From the NCBI RefSeq assembly GCF_037042905.1, contig NW_026974141.1:992001-1056000 (forward strand): a DNA stretch of 64,000 nt. Reading direction: 5' to 3'. The notes below the pieces were generated by a model. It was not told the DNA's origin. It made no database searches and saw only the letters and a program-made list of their open reading frames with translations. A program made the translations under genes and the position numbers. This document shows positions 62,201 through 64,000 of the stretch, in pieces; positions within the stretch are counted from its first letter, which is position 1, and each line of letters opens with the position of its first letter. The stretch comes from Lytechinus pictus. Lineage: Eukaryota.

Positions 62201-64000
62201 TGCTGCAAATTTCATCAAAAACTAGATCTAAAAGGGTTTTTCATGCATTATAAAAACAGTTATATGCACGTCTTAATAAATATTCGTTAGATGGGCTGAT
62301 GATGTCACATCCCCACTTTAACTTTTCTTATATCAAAACATGAAATCATACTTATTTTATTTGGTCATACGTGTGTGAATTATATGTAACCTTTTTGCAT
62401 TAATTAATATCTAGTCTTGGAGGGGGGGGGGATAGAACAAACATAATTTCATGTAACAAGGTGAGACATCTTTGCATCAGTTTGTCAAGTAAATTCATCA
62501 AAACATGCATAGAATAATCGATATCTTTAAATTATCATAGCTCTTTTACTCCTTGTCCAATTTTGATTTGTTTTTATATTCATTTTTTACAAACTTGTTG
62601 CATGTGATAGATTATCTTAAATGGTTACAAGTATGTAACGAAGGCCTATCTAAGTAGGTGCAGATCTAGATCTAGTTGATAGCCTAGGCAGACATAAGTC
62701 AGATCTTAAAAAGGCCGTCAAAGTCCCGGACAAATACCGCGAATCGCTGCAGCAGTCTCATGTAATTTGACGTTTAAAGTCGTTCCTAAAAAAGCTCTCT
62801 CTCGATCGATCCACATAAACACGCAACACAAAATTCACATTCACGTGTTTAGTTGCCATATTCCTCGCATCGCAATTATCAATGAATTTAACAAAACAAC
62901 TCAATCTGCAACATAATTTAACGTACCTTCATGGATTTCAGCCAAGGGAATTAAATCCGATCAACATATATCCGAACCCGCCACCAAATATATCGAGCCG
63001 ATATCCACAGTTCTGAAAAATAAAAATGCGCCTGACATTTTTTTTTTATTTACCGCGGGTTGTTTGTTTTGTTTTTCCTCGCAACGCGCGCCAGACAAAA
63101 GTTTGATGACACGCGTATTTAAATGACGTCCTAGCGCATTTATTGTCTCTCACCAATAGTCTGGTTTTCGCGCGACGCCACACATATATTATCAAAGCGC
63201 AGTTGAGTATATGCACATAGTAACTGCGCTATATAAATGAACATATTATTATTATTATATGATTTATAATCATAGCCACACAGTCAAGCCGGGGTAGACA
63301 CACAGTCAAGCTATGCTTATAGTATCACCTCCTTCAATCTTCTACATTTTCTTTGTCATAGAAAATACAATCATATTCATATTTTTTATTGTTAAATATC
63401 TTGTTATGTATACCCAGTGGTTGTGTGTCCGGACGGGTTGGGTGTCCGGACACATGACTTTTACTCTCAATTTTGAAAAGTTTACAAGCAATGTCTTTAA
63501 TTCTTTTAGCACAGAATATAAGAAAATATTATAAAGAACAAATATTGATGGTGAAAAAAAACTATTCAACCTATATTTTTGGTTTATTCCTGAGATAGAA
63601 ACAAGGCTTCATTTCTGTTACGTGTCCGGACACCCAACCCCCAATCCTACTATATATTTTCTTTGTTATTTTGTATTTGTAAAATTACAGGAACAATAAA
63701 TGACATGAAAATGAAATATTTTACCACTATGATAACTTTGCCATTGTGGCAGTTACCATGGTAACCATGATTGTATTTGAGTCCAGAGCCTTGTTACCAT
63801 GGTAGTTGCCATAATAGCCAAGTTATAGCAGTCCTTTAAGAAACGGCCCCAGATCTGTGCGGAATGCTCAGGGTGCATTTAAATAAAGAAGATATATAGC
63901 AAGAAATAAAAGATAATTGAAGGGCAATTTAGAGGAATGTTTCTAAAGCTTACATTTATAACATCAATTTTGACTGCTATATTGTCTTTCTTATTTTTCA

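Overview
AT-rich, repeat-dense eukaryotic (animal) genomic DNA. The repeat types and intron style suggest a marine invertebrate deuterostome such as a sea urchin (inference only). Three spliced genes can be rebuilt by hand. (1) A 9-exon + strand gene (2249-12973, 782 aa) with no family I recognise: acidic disordered N-half, coiled coil, and an Arg/Gly/Trp/Pro-rich tail. (2) A - strand locus (33322-21490) encoding a giant Glu/Met-rich protein of about 80 tandem 42-43 aa repeats, ending in a basic/aromatic di-cysteine tail. Its frame is broken by three identical GAA-AAA-TAG junctions that a -1 shift would repair, plus one more +2 disruption near the start. (3) The first four exons of a 2-oxoglutarate/Fe(II) dioxygenase (DIOX_N, IPNS-like; 36337 onward, continuing beyond the window). 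Its third intron opens with a 22-unit minisatellite in which every unit looks like a 27-nt in-frame microexon with its own splice signals. The rest is non-autonomous DNA transposons (several nested), one young 5'-truncated L1/Tx1 LINE, a tRNA-derived SINE, simple repeats and a 260-nt assembly gap.
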